Origin: Pachysolen tannophilus NRRL Y-2460 | Taxonomy: Eukaryota | Direction: 5' to 3' | NCBI GenBank assembly: GCA_001661245.1 | Contig: KV454012.1 | Location: forward strand, 2,034,418 to 2,098,417 | Length of the DNA stretch: 64,000 nucleotides | Shown here: positions 10,272 through 20,681 of the stretch, piece after piece | Numbering within the stretch: the first letter of the stretch is position 1 | Layout of the letters: each line of letters begins with the position of its first letter | Translations under genes and position numbers: made by a program | The notes under the pieces: generated by a model | What the model saw: the letters and a program-made list of their open reading frames with translations, nothing else | Told to the model about the DNA's origin: nothing | Databases searched by the model: none

Positions 10272-11876
10272 TCATAATGTTTCATAATTAATATCATCGT
10301 CCATTTCTAATTCATTATCTCTATCAGTCGTATGTTTATCTCTATGGTAGTAATGTTGGTAGAAGTATGTAAAAATGCATGTTGCTAATGCAAAATTCAC
10401 AAAACTAATCCATGGAAATAATTTTAAACCTTTTGCATCTTCTTCTCCATTTAAAGAACTAAGTAAGCCTACTAAATACGGAACAACACCGCTTCCGGAA
10501 CCACCCATACTTGTTATGAATGTAACACCTGAGATATGAAGTTCTAACGGGAGTACCTGCATAGCAGCTATAGCTGTTGTTGCAAAAACAGGACCGACGA
10601 AAAACCCCACAACAAAAGCATTCATACATTTAATAGTTACTATGGGGATAATTGCAAATAGGAAAGTAAATAGAGATATTGAAATACAAAGGTAATATAA
10701 CACTTTAATTTCTTTTTTTTCAAAAAAATGACCTATGATGAATCCCAACACCACTCTACCTACTGTAAGGCATAACCAAAAAGAAGATGTAATAAATGAT
10801 GAAGCAGTAGTTGAAATATTATGAATAACCATTAAGTAATTATAGAGCCAATTCCCCATACTAACTTCATTCCCAATTATTAAAAATAAAGGAATACTGA
10901 AAAACCATATAGTTTTATTTTGTAATATTTTGAAAAATGTAAATTTTTCATAATTAGTTTGAGATTCTTTAAATGGTTGTCGTTGACGATTTGGTTTATT
11001 CTGTAATAAGAAAAGATGTTTAATATTATTTTCATTTTTAAAACCAAAATAACAAGAAATGAATAATAAACTTGCATTGAGCACCAATATGAAATACCAT
11101 TCATTCCAATTTCCATTGCTATGTTTTAATACAAATGCTCCAAAGACTGGTGTTAAAATTGAACCAATTCCATAAGCAGCATGTAATAATCCTAAAATTT
11201 GATTATTATAGTTCAATTTTCCAGCCCACGAATTAAAAGTACTATTTTGACAACCAGTTGAAAACCCATTCAAAAGATAAATAATAATTAAGAACAGAAA
11301 TGGCGGTTTCAATGAACAAACCCCAAAGCATATTATACATGCCAATTGAGCAGATAAAATGGTTCCTCGTACTCCAAAAGTTTTATGTAAAAAATCATTA
11401 GTTGTAGCAGCTAGTAAAAATCCCAAAAATTGAACAAGAAAAATATAAGATACAATTGAATTATCTACATGGTAATAGTCCATTAGACTTGGTAGCAATA
11501 TTCCTGTAGTTTGGTCTGCCATACCGACATTTAATAAACAACAAAATGATAATCCAATTTGACATTTTAAAAGAAACGAGTGTTTATAATTGATTGAATC
11601 TAATATGACTTCATTATCTAAAAAATGCACTTTAATCTGACGGTCAACCAAATTCAAATCCACAAACCGGTCCAGATAAACCTGTCTTGAAGTAGTATTG
11701 AAACTGTTTGCGTTTACTCTACTACCTGTCACATATGGCGGGGAATGTTCATTATTATTTTCACTTGAATCGTCATCATAACCTTGACTACTATTGATAA
11801 TGGACAACTTTGAAACGCTATAGTTTATCGGTTTAGGATGCTTCAAGTTCACGTTATACTCCGATCCCTCCGACAT
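10272..11876 (-). CDS. MFS transporter, Bsc6-like
   Basis: About 12 hydrophobic segments. Motifs GMADQTTGILLP, LGLLHAAYGIGSILTP, GNEVSMGNW and FWLCLTVGR are typical of the Bsc6/fucose-permease-like MFS group. First ATG is at 11876. Confidence 0.8.
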   Translation of the reverse strand: MSEGSEYNVNLKHPKPINYSVSKLSIINSSQGYDDDSSENNNEHSPPYVTGSRVNANSFNTTSRQVYLDRFVDLNLVDRQIKVHFLDNEVILDSINYKHSFLLKCQIGLSFCCLLNVGMADQTTGILLPSLMDYYHVDNSIVSYIFLVQFLGFLLAATTNDFLHKTFGVRGTILSAQLACIICFGVCSLKPPFLFLIIIYLLNGFSTGCQNSTFNSWAGKLNYNNQILGLLHAAYGIGSILTPVFGAFVLKHSNGNWNEWYFILVLNASLLFISCYFGFKNENNIKHLFLLQNKPNRQRQPFKESQTNYEKFTFFKILQNKTIWFFSIPLFLIIGNEVSMGNWLYNYLMVIHNISTTASSFITSSFWLCLTVGRVVLGFIIGHFFEKKEIKVLYYLCISISLFTFLFAIIPIVTIKCMNAFVVGFFVGPVFATTAIAAMQVLPLELHISGVTFITSMGGSGSGVVPYLVGLLSSLNGEEDAKGLKLFPWISFVNFALATCIFTYFYQHYYHRDKHTTDRDNELEMDDDINYETL

Positions 11877-12651
11877 CTTCAACTTCCGTTTGGAGCATAT
11901 ACATATATATATATATATATATGATATATATGATATATACCATGCCGGTTACAACTGCTTTTATTTGTTCGTTTTTTTTTTTTTTTTTTTAACTAGAGAT
12001 CTCGTGTCACCATTCAAGTGTCAAGAGACATACTCATTTAGCGTCAGTGACGCCAACTATTTAGTACTTCATTAATAAGATGAAAAGAAACTAACTGTTA
12101 ATTCGATAAGAGAAGGCCATGTCAAGCTGTTGCTATTTATTAGATCTGAAAGATTAATAAAAAAAATAAAAGAAAACGGTTAAATTTTTATAATAATTTG
12201 TAAATACTTTTCAGTATGGAAGAAACGAGTCTTTATGTATGGAGATAGTTAACCCCGTTTATATAAGTTCAAGAGTAGTATTTATTGTAGATAATCAGAT
12301 TTTCAGTTTGTTTTTAAAATCTGAGAGATTTGAAGCCTTTAATAGTAAATTTTTGGTTATTGATCAGGGGTCAAAGATCTTGAATTATATATAATTTAAC
12401 AAAACTTCCCACAGATTTTTTTCCCTTTCTGTATGATAAAAATTTTTCTCTGCATAATAAAAAAAATCATCTAAGATAATAGTTTTAATTGTAATTAAAC
12501 TCATTTTACTATTAGCATTGATGCTTGGAAAGAGTGTTGATAAATTTGTTAGGTATTCATTGACAAAACAGTTTTATCGGTATATAAAATTTAACAAAAA
12601 AAATTTTCATATTCATATCAGAAAAGTAATTTCCATAATAATAATTTGAAG

Positions 12652-13335
12652 ATGTCATCGGATTTACAAAAACAACAATTGAAAAAAATCAAGTTAACTT
12701 CAGGAGATTTACCACGAATCCCTGAACCCAATTCACAATTACCTGATAGTCTTCCAGAGAGACCAAAGATGAATATGGATCATTTAAAACCAATTGTATG
12801 GATTGATTGTGAAATGACTGGTTTAGACGTTTTCAATGATCATATTATCGAAATATGTTGTATAATTACAGATAAAGATTTAAATATCATTGATGAAGAA
12901 GGTTATGAAAGTGTGATTCATTATGATAAATCTATAATGGATAAGATGAATGAATGGTGTATAGAACATCACGGTTCTAGTGGGTTAACACAAAAAGTAA
13001 TTGAATCTTCCAAGACACTACAACAAGTTGAAAATGAATTATTACTGTATATTTCAAAATATATTAGTCCCAATAAAGGAGTATTGGCAGGTAATTCTGT
13101 TCATATGGATAGAATATTTATGGTTAGAGAAATGCCAAAAATAGTGGATTATCTTTTTTATAGAATCATCGATGTTTCTACAATAACTGAAATTTGTAAA
13201 AGACACAACCCAACAATTGCCAATAAGTGTCCTAATAAGAAATGTGAACATACAGCAAAGGCTGATATATTGGAAAGTATAGAGCAATTGAAATGGTTTC
13301 AACTGAATTACTTTATTTCTCCAACCAAAAATTAA
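12652..13335 (+). CDS. REX2: Oligoribonuclease (DEDDh 3'-5' exonuclease); possible frameshifted N-terminal extension from ATG 12521
   Basis: Motifs VWIDCEMTGLD, MNEWCIEHHGSSGL, LAGNSVHMDR, YRIIDVST and HTAKADILESI. Confidence 0.95.
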   Translation: MSSDLQKQQLKKIKLTSGDLPRIPEPNSQLPDSLPERPKMNMDHLKPIVWIDCEMTGLDVFNDHIIEICCIITDKDLNIIDEEGYESVIHYDKSIMDKMNEWCIEHHGSSGLTQKVIESSKTLQQVENELLLYISKYISPNKGVLAGNSVHMDRIFMVREMPKIVDYLFYRIIDVSTITEICKRHNPTIANKCPNKKCEHTAKADILESIEQLKWFQLNYFISPTKN

Positions 13336-13361
13336 AATGCAAAAAAAAGGAAAAAAAGAAG

Positions 13362-13435
13362 CGACAACGGCTGGAGTCGAACCAGCGATCTTGTGATTAA
13401 CAGTCACACGCCTTAACCAACTTGGCCACGAAGTC
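13362..13435 (-). tRNA. tRNA-Asn (GUU)
   Basis: Sequence GACTTCGTGGCCAAGTTGGTTAAGGCGTGTGACTGTTAATCACAAGATCGCTGGTTCGACTCCAGCCGTTGTCG has A and B boxes, anticodon loop CT-GTT-AA and a downstream T-run terminator. Confidence 0.93.
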
Positions 13436-13735
13436 GAAAATGTTTCTCATGCATTAACGCGCGTTCTTCAATCTCTAAATTGTTTTTTTTTTTTACTTTT
13501 CTTAACTAAAAATCAAAATTATTTTTGTGATTTTTGACACTACAAATATAATATAAAGCTTGAACCGAATTCGGAAGCCGAAAGGTTTCTAATTGAATAT
13601 TATTATTTCTTTTATTTTTGCTAATATTTAAAATTAATATATATTTATAAATTAATCATAATTGTAGTGGTGATAATAGTAATAATCTCTTAAGATTTTA
13701 CTAGAATTGAATATTTTTTTTTCTTTTTATTTAAG

Positions 13736-14149
13736 ATGAGACAATCTTTTCAAGTTTTAGCCAAATATGTTCCTTCAATAAAGTTTGTTGGTGGTCCACA
13801 CCCTATAATTAGTAAGTTATATTATATTTTACATATACATTTTTTTTAATTTTTTTTAATTTTTCTTAAATATATGGGGGGTCTAATCTAAGAATATTTA
13901 TTAACAAATTTGATAATAAAAAATTTTTTTATTTATACAGAATCCACATCTCTGATACCACAACCTCATCCATGTGCTCCAGATAAGTTATTACCGTCTA
14001 CAGGAGCATCAGCGGGAGCATCAGCTGGTTCTTCAAAAAGTATTTACACTGCAAGAAGTCAATTGTCTTTAAGGTTTAGATATCCAACTATTGATGAATT
14101 AGAAATTGATGATGTTATTAGTGGAGGTGCTGAAACTTTGGTTAAATAA
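13736..14149 (+). CDS. YMR31: Alpha-ketoglutarate dehydrogenase subunit Kgd4/Ymr31 (MRPS36 family), 94 aa, one intron
   Basis: Exon 1 13736-13811 (MRQSFQVLAKYVPSIKFVGGPHP), intron 13812-13940 (GTAAGT..TATTAAC..CAG), exon 2 13941-14149 (PHPCAP..RFRYPTIDELEIDDVISGGA). Adjacent to PRE4, as YFR049W/YFR050C are in S. cerevisiae. Confidence 0.9.
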
Positions 14150-14505
14150 GTTGTAGGAAGGTTAATGATTTCAAAAAATTTAAAGGTACGAGAAAAAGAA
14201 AGAAAAAGGGGAAATAATTAAATAAATGTCTGTTTTTTTTTATAAATAAATTTTATGTATATCTTGTTGGTATTTTTTTTTTTTTTTTTTTTTCATTTTT
14301 CATTTTTAAGAATAATAGAAATGAATCTTAGCACTAAAGATCTTTTTTTCAACCTAGATCAGTGACATCGCATTTAATTAACTGATTCATATTAAATTCA
14401 AATTTTTATAGTAAAATAAAAATAAATTAATTGAAAGAGAATAAATTGGGTCGTGCAGCGCTATACTAAAAATGGGAGAAACTAAAAAAATATTTGAATT
14501 CACCT

Positions 14506-14515
14506 TTTCGCCACT
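14506..14515 (-). promoter_or_regulatory. Rpn4/PACE-like element AGTGGCGAAA
   Basis: Variant of the RGTGGCRAA Rpn4 site, about 160 bp upstream of proteasome gene PRE4. Confidence 0.55.
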
Positions 14516-14670
14516 AAGTATAATAATAAATAAGACAACACAGTTCAGTAATAATAATAAAGTTAAATAGGTGTTTTTTAAGAGTAAAAAGGTTTAAATT
14601 GAATTAATAGATCAATTGAAGTAATAGTTTTCTTTGAATTGTTGATTGGAAAAAATATATTTATAAAATA

Positions 14671-15465
14671 ATGAATCACGATCCATTTGCATGGGGGAGA
14701 CCTTTAAATGAAACTTATGGTGAATATAATTATAATATTGCCAATGCTTCATCTGTAACTTCACATAGGAATCCAAAGATGGCTACGCAACAGCCAATTG
14801 TTACTGGTTCTTCTGTTTTAGCTATAAAATTTAAAGATGGAGTTATAATGGCTGCAGATAATTTGGCTTCGTATGGTTCATTGGCAAGATTTGATAATGT
14901 TGAGAGATTACTTCAAGTTGGTAAAGATACTATAGTTGGTTGTTCTGGTGATATTTCAGATTTTCAAAAAATTGAAAGATTACTTGATGATTTAGAAATT
15001 GAAGATGGTTATGATATTGAAAATTATGAATTAAAGGCTAATCATATTCATGAATATTTATCTCGTGTTTTTTATAATAGAAGATCAAAAATGGATCCAT
15101 TATGGAATTCATGTCTTGTTGGAGGATTTGATGCTGATTCTGGAGAACCTTTTTTAAAATATGTTGACTTGTTAGGTGTAACTTACGGTGCTGATTCTTT
15201 AGCTACTGGATTTGGTTCACATTTAGCTATTCCTCTATTAAGGAAAAAACTTGATTCCGATGATGCTGTGAAAAATTTAACAGAAGAAGAAGGTATTAAA
15301 TTAATTAGTGAATGTATGAAAGTACTATATTACCGTGATGCTAGATCATTAGATAAATATAGTCTAGCAATAATTAAGAAAGATGATGTCAAGTTAATTA
15401 AAGGTTTAAGATGTGAAGATATGTCATGGAGATTTGCCAGTGGTATTAGAGGGTATGGTAATTAA
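14671..15465 (+). CDS. PRE4: 20S proteasome subunit beta-7
   Basis: Motifs MNHDPFAWGRP, TQQPIVTGSSV, AADNLASYGSLARF, ATGFGSHLAIPLLR and VLYYRDARS. Confidence 0.97.
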   Translation: MNHDPFAWGRPLNETYGEYNYNIANASSVTSHRNPKMATQQPIVTGSSVLAIKFKDGVIMAADNLASYGSLARFDNVERLLQVGKDTIVGCSGDISDFQKIERLLDDLEIEDGYDIENYELKANHIHEYLSRVFYNRRSKMDPLWNSCLVGGFDADSGEPFLKYVDLLGVTYGADSLATGFGSHLAIPLLRKKLDSDDAVKNLTEEEGIKLISECMKVLYYRDARSLDKYSLAIIKKDDVKLIKGLRCEDMSWRFASGIRGYGN

Positions 15466-15569
15466 TTAATTAATATTAATATATATATATATCTATATAT
15501 ATTGTATTAGTTCTAAAGTAAAGGCAAAAAAAAAAAAAGAATTATTATTTTTTTTTCTTTTAGCTGTTT

Positions 15570-16766
15570 TTATAATACATAAGTCAATCCAGGTAGAGCA
15601 ATTGTGAATATTAAACCTAAATTATTCATTTCATCAAGTCTTTGTAACTCTTTTAAAATTCTTTTCCTAGGATCTAATCCATCTTCACTTTCCTTTATAT
15701 GTGTAATAATTACATTTAACCCTTTTAAACATGAATTGTTATTATTATTACAAATATTATTATTATTTCCTTTTTTTTGTAAAAGTTTTTCCAAAACTAT
15801 ATCTCTTAAATTCAAAAATTCTGAAATAAGATGTAATGGAGACATATGTCCATATAATGGCTCATTGGAATTTGTTATAGGTAAATTAGAACATTCAATC
15901 ATTATTCCCGCTAAATTACCATTTATTATAAACTGGGAAATTTCATTCCATATGATATGATTTTTACCCAGATAATTATTTTGTTTACTTTCACTATCAG
16001 GTTCTACATCTCCAAATAATAAAAGATTTCTACCTGAATTTAAATGATTTATTAAATATGCACTGCTTTCATAAATTTTTCTTTCTCCCGTTATATTATC
16101 CAAATAAGATCCATGATTATTTTGGAAACATTTTATTCTATAAGTCTTGTTCAATGGGAACCATTCACCCTGTAATAATTCTTTTAATTCCAAAAAAGTT
16201 CCATCTTGTGTTATTAAATTTGGCCAAACTGCATCATTAAATATATTTTTTTTAATATTTGATAAAGTTACATTTGAACCATATACAATTTTAGAATGTA
16301 AAGCTGGAGAATTTATAATCAGTGCTGATAAATGATCAAAATGTGAATGAGTTATGAAAATATTTTTCAATAATTTTAAAATATTAATACTATATCCATA
16401 AGGTGAAATTTTTTCTTTCTCTTTCAGAGACCAATTAAACGGTATTAAAGTTTGACAATTTGTATATGCATCTACTGATAAAGAATCTGTATATAATTCT
16501 AATAAATAATTTTCACTCATAACTTTCTTATTCTTAATATTGTTGATTAAATCTGATAATGCTGATATTCCTGAGCCTGCATCAATACAAATAAATTGAT
16601 CTTTTAAATCTTTGTCAACAATCTCATTATATGTTAAAGTAGTATTTTTCAACAAATATGAACAATTCCTACCATCTAAAGGCCCTCCAGAACATCCTAA
16701 AACTGTCAATTCAAATTTTGAATCTTGATTCTGTAAATTATCTATAACAATAGGCTTTAATGACAT
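15570..16766 (-). CDS. PDE1: Low-affinity class II cAMP phosphodiesterase
   Basis: Motifs VLGCSGGP, ITHSHFDH (class II PDE signature), NDAVWPNL, FGDVEPD, IECS, LYGHMSP and ITHIK. Confidence 0.92.
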   Translation of the reverse strand: MSLKPIVIDNLQNQDSKFELTVLGCSGGPLDGRNCSYLLKNTTLTYNEIVDKDLKDQFICIDAGSGISALSDLINNIKNKKVMSENYLLELYTDSLSVDAYTNCQTLIPFNWSLKEKEKISPYGYSINILKLLKNIFITHSHFDHLSALIINSPALHSKIVYGSNVTLSNIKKNIFNDAVWPNLITQDGTFLELKELLQGEWFPLNKTYRIKCFQNNHGSYLDNITGERKIYESSAYLINHLNSGRNLLLFGDVEPDSESKQNNYLGKNHIIWNEISQFIINGNLAGIMIECSNLPITNSNEPLYGHMSPLHLISEFLNLRDIVLEKLLQKKGNNNNICNNNNNSCLKGLNVIITHIKESEDGLDPRKRILKELQRLDEMNNLGLIFTIALPGLTYVL

Positions 16767-17933
16767 CTTTATTGTAATATTTAGATGTTATTATGTATAA
16801 GTAATCATTATATTAAAAAAAAATAGAACATTATTGTTTAATACCTTGAAAAATTGCATAATCTTTTCATTTCTTTTTTCCTTAAAAGGCTTAAATGTTT
16901 TCAAAATTATGTAAGAGATGTAACATGCATTTGGAAAAACAAAAAGTAAAAAGCAAAAAAATCCATTAATTATCTTCTCTATAAGATATTTTTAGGGGAA
17001 GGGGGAATAAGGGAGTCACAATAGAAAAGCAATAAAAAAAAAACAAAAAAAAAAAAAAAGGTGAAAGATGGGAAAAATAGAAAGTATTTTTAGATTATTT
17101 TGTTTTCGTTATCATGGTTTTAAGAAGTATGCGATACTAATAGTTAAGTATATATGCATAATAGAAAATTGGGTCAAAATATGACCCAATTTTATTACCT
17201 AAATTTTTTCTACAATTCTTATATAACCCAAGACTCAGATTTAACAGCCAATTTAAAAAATTCAAAAGATTAGATTAAAAAAATAATGTACCCAATTCCT
17301 TTTTATTATCATTCTCATTGAATTTTTTTTTAAAAAAAAAACTGGAATGATAAAGTGCTATCCCATAATTTTTTTTTTTCAGGAAATAGCTAGAAGCATT
17401 TGGCCAATTTGGAAAAAAAATTTATCTTGGCTTCGTTTTGAATCATTATACTATTGGTTAAACCAGTATAAGGATCTTCGAAGAAGTCTTACGATCGATA
17501 ACTCATGTATATATAAAATATGGTTAACTTCTATTAAACATATTTTATAATTCCAATCCGAGTCCTCGAATCGACAAAGAAAAAAAAAAAGGATATCAAA
17601 AGATCAAAATGATATAGAGTAGAGTATAGGCTATCATCATATCATCCCATAAACATCTTTTCACTCGATAATTGATGAAAATTCAATTAATTATTCAATT
17701 TATATAATATAATTTGAACGATGAAAAGAAAAAAAAATTTTTTAACCAAAAAAACAAAAAACTGAAAAAAATGAAAAATTTCTCGAGATAATCATGTAAA
17801 TTCCGAACTGGATATTTTGGCTTGGTGGAAGTTTATAGAAAAGTTGCACATGTCATTTATTCCAATTGAAATTGAATTTATATAAGCAATTGAAATAGAA
17901 GAGAGTTTTGAATCATTATTGTTGTTAAGGATC

Positions 17934-19232
17934 ATGGGTATTTTTATTCCACTTCAATCATTACCAAATTTGAAAGCTTACAAGTATGTGTTTTTTTTTT
18001 TTTAAAAAAAAAGAAAGTGAAATAGTTTAAATATATTAACACTCTTTTTTTTTTTTTATTTTTTTTCTTCTGTGTTTTTTTGTTTGTTTAGATATCAAGG
18101 TGATGATCGCTCTATTGTGACTAAATATGTCTTGAAACCTTTTTGGCAACGGTTTGTTAAGATTTTTCCGTTATGGATGGCACCGAATGTGGTTACTCTT
18201 TTAGGATTCATGTTCATGATAATGAACTTGTTAACAGTTTTCTATTTTGATCCATATTTGAATGCAAAATCTCCATCTTGGGTATATTTTAGTTATGCTC
18301 TTGGATTATTTTTATATCAAACTTTTGATGCATGTGATGGAATTCATGCAAGAAGAACTGGACAATCAGGTCCATTGGGTGAATTATTTGATCATTGTAT
18401 TGATGCATGTAATACTACATTATCTGTTTTAGTATTTGCTTCTGTATTACAATTAGGTTATAGTTGGAATTTGGTATTAGCACAATTTGCATCATTGTGT
18501 AATTTTTATTTATCAACATGGGAAGAATTTCATACACATATCTTATTTTTATCTGAATTTAGTGGACCAGTTGAAGGAATTTTATTTGTAATATTTATTT
18601 TCATTTTAACAGGTATTTATGGTCCTGAAATTTGGCATCAAGAATATGCAACATTAAATTTATCATTTTTACCATTCATTTCATCTTTTAATTTTCCAAA
18701 TTATATTAAAATTGATGCAACTACACTTACTTTTATATTTGGAGCTGTTGGATTATATTTTAATATTGAATCTGCTAGAAGAAATGCATTTAGAGCATTA
18801 AAGGGAAATAAAGAATCACTTCATGAAGCTACAAAAGGATTATTCCCATTTTTTTGGTTTTATCTGACTGTTTTATTAAATTTAATTTTTTATCCAACAA
18901 TCTTAAATAATTGTCTTTTACCATATTTACTCTCAGTTGGTTTAGCAGTGGCATTTTCTGTTGGTAGAATTATAATTGGTCATTTAACAAAACAGCTGTT
19001 CCCAATAATCAATGCACCAATGTTAATTCCAATTGCTCAATTTATCTTGATACAAATAATTGATAAATTTTTTAAATATGATTTAACTAAATCAGTTGAA
19101 TATATTGTTTGGACAGGTTTAGGTTTAAGTTGTGGAATATACGGTATGTTTGTTACAGATATTATTTATGATATTACCACTTATTTAGATATCAATGCCC
19201 TAAGTATTAAATATCCAAAAAAGTTGGACTAA
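17934..19232 (+). CDS. EPT1: Choline/ethanolamine phosphotransferase (EPT1/CPT1 ortholog), 396 aa, one intron
   Basis: Exon 1 17934-17983 (MGIFIPLQSLPNLKAYK), intron 17984-18091 (GTATGT..TATTAAC..TAG), exon 2 18092-19232. CDP-alcohol phosphotransferase motif DACDGIHARRTGQSGPLGELFDHCID. Confidence 0.94.
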
Positions 19233-19444
19233 GTGTACTTATCACTAAGTGTACTTTATAACTTCTACTTTTTTTTTTTTTTTTTTTTTTCTTTTAAAAA
19301 AATAGAAATATATATTTACAAGTTATGTAAAGATCTTAATACATCTTTCAAAGAACTCATCAAACAGAAAATAAAAAAAAAATAGAAAATAAAAATAAAC
19401 TAAAAAAGAAAAAACCAAAGCAAATTTCAACCTTATATATCAAA

Positions 19445-19915
19445 TTAAACAGCAACTGCTGGTTGTTCTGGTTTTTGGAAGGCAGTATCCGAACCAGGAG
19501 CCAATACTTCTTGTGATGATTGTTGCAATTTCATTTCTTTTTCCATTTCAATCAACTGCTGTTCTGATAAAATTGATAAACTTAATGGAACTCCTAATAA
19601 TAACAGAGATGAAGTTAAAGCCCATAATAATGATCCAGTCTTACTAAGTAATAAACCTGTAGCAGATATAACACTCGAAGACAGAGAAGTAAACCTAAGT
19701 CTATGTTGTGGTGGAATAATCTCCTTCAACGCAACAACTCTATCATATATAGTTTCATTAGCCAAATCATCTTCATCATAATCATCTTCATCCGAATCTA
19801 ATTCAGATTCATTTTCAGATTCTTCTGCACCAGTACCTGTACTTTTATTTGCCTTTTCATCCTTACCAAAGAAATCCTTTGCTGTTTCATCATCAATTTG
19901 AGTTAATTTAACCAT
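19445..19915 (-). CDS. TOM22: Mitochondrial import receptor Tom22
   Basis: Starts MVKLTQI, followed by an acidic domain, ETIYDRVVALKEIIPP and the TM segment LLLGVPLSLSILSEQQLIEMEK. Confidence 0.96.
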   Translation of the reverse strand: MVKLTQIDDETAKDFFGKDEKANKSTGTGAEESENESELDSDEDDYDEDDLANETIYDRVVALKEIIPPQHRLRFTSLSSSVISATGLLLSKTGSLLWALTSSLLLLGVPLSLSILSEQQLIEMEKEMKLQQSSQEVLAPGSDTAFQKPEQPAVAV

Positions 19916-20681
19916 TTTCTTAATAACTAAAATTAATCTCTATAATTGTCTTAATCAAAGAGATAAAATAAAGAAAATATCAATAAAACAAAAAAAAAAA
20001 AAAAAAAAAAAAAAAGTACTAAATTATTCCCGATAATTCAATTTATTGAATAATTCAATATATTTGCTATTTTGCAATTATTACTACTACTAAAACTTTA
20101 CCTCTCTTTTCTCTGTCTCGTTCAGTGAAAAATTTTTGGCTCGAACAAAAAAGAGAAAAAAAAAAAAAAAAAAATTGAAAAAAGGCTCATTTAGTGACAC
20201 GTCACTTGCCCAAAATTATTGACTTTTCAAAAATTGACAGATTTTGACAGATTTTAAGAAACTTTTCGGGTTTCTTAATTATTTTAGTTTTTTTAGTTTT
20301 TTTGATTTGTTTTACACGCCGAGAGCTGTCGGATAAATAAGAAGAAACTAATGAAAAAGGTGACAATTCCAGTACTACTACTAATCTTGTCAAATTTAGC
20401 AACAATTAAAAGTTACAATTACACTGAATATAAGAATAAATAAGAATATTAGAAATCTAATGTCATTTTGAAACAGTTAAGAAAAAAAAAATAAACATAA
20501 AAAATAAACATAAATAAAAATAAAATAAAATAAAACATGAAATAAAATAAGATATAATAAAAGTAATAATTTTTTTTTTTTTTCTTTTTGTTTTTAGGAG
20601 AAATCGTCAAGTATACATATATAATTATAATAAAATAATAAATTTAAAAATTTTTTTAATGGAGTTCATTTTTGTTAATGT

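Noticed and set aside
13694..13735. Non-AUG N-terminal extension of KGD4, as in S. cerevisiae
   Set aside because: Only 14 open codons, mostly poly-T, before an in-frame stop; not presequence-like.
18072..18091. ORF-track start of EPT1
   Set aside because: A GTG inside the intron polypyrimidine tract; the true start is 17934.
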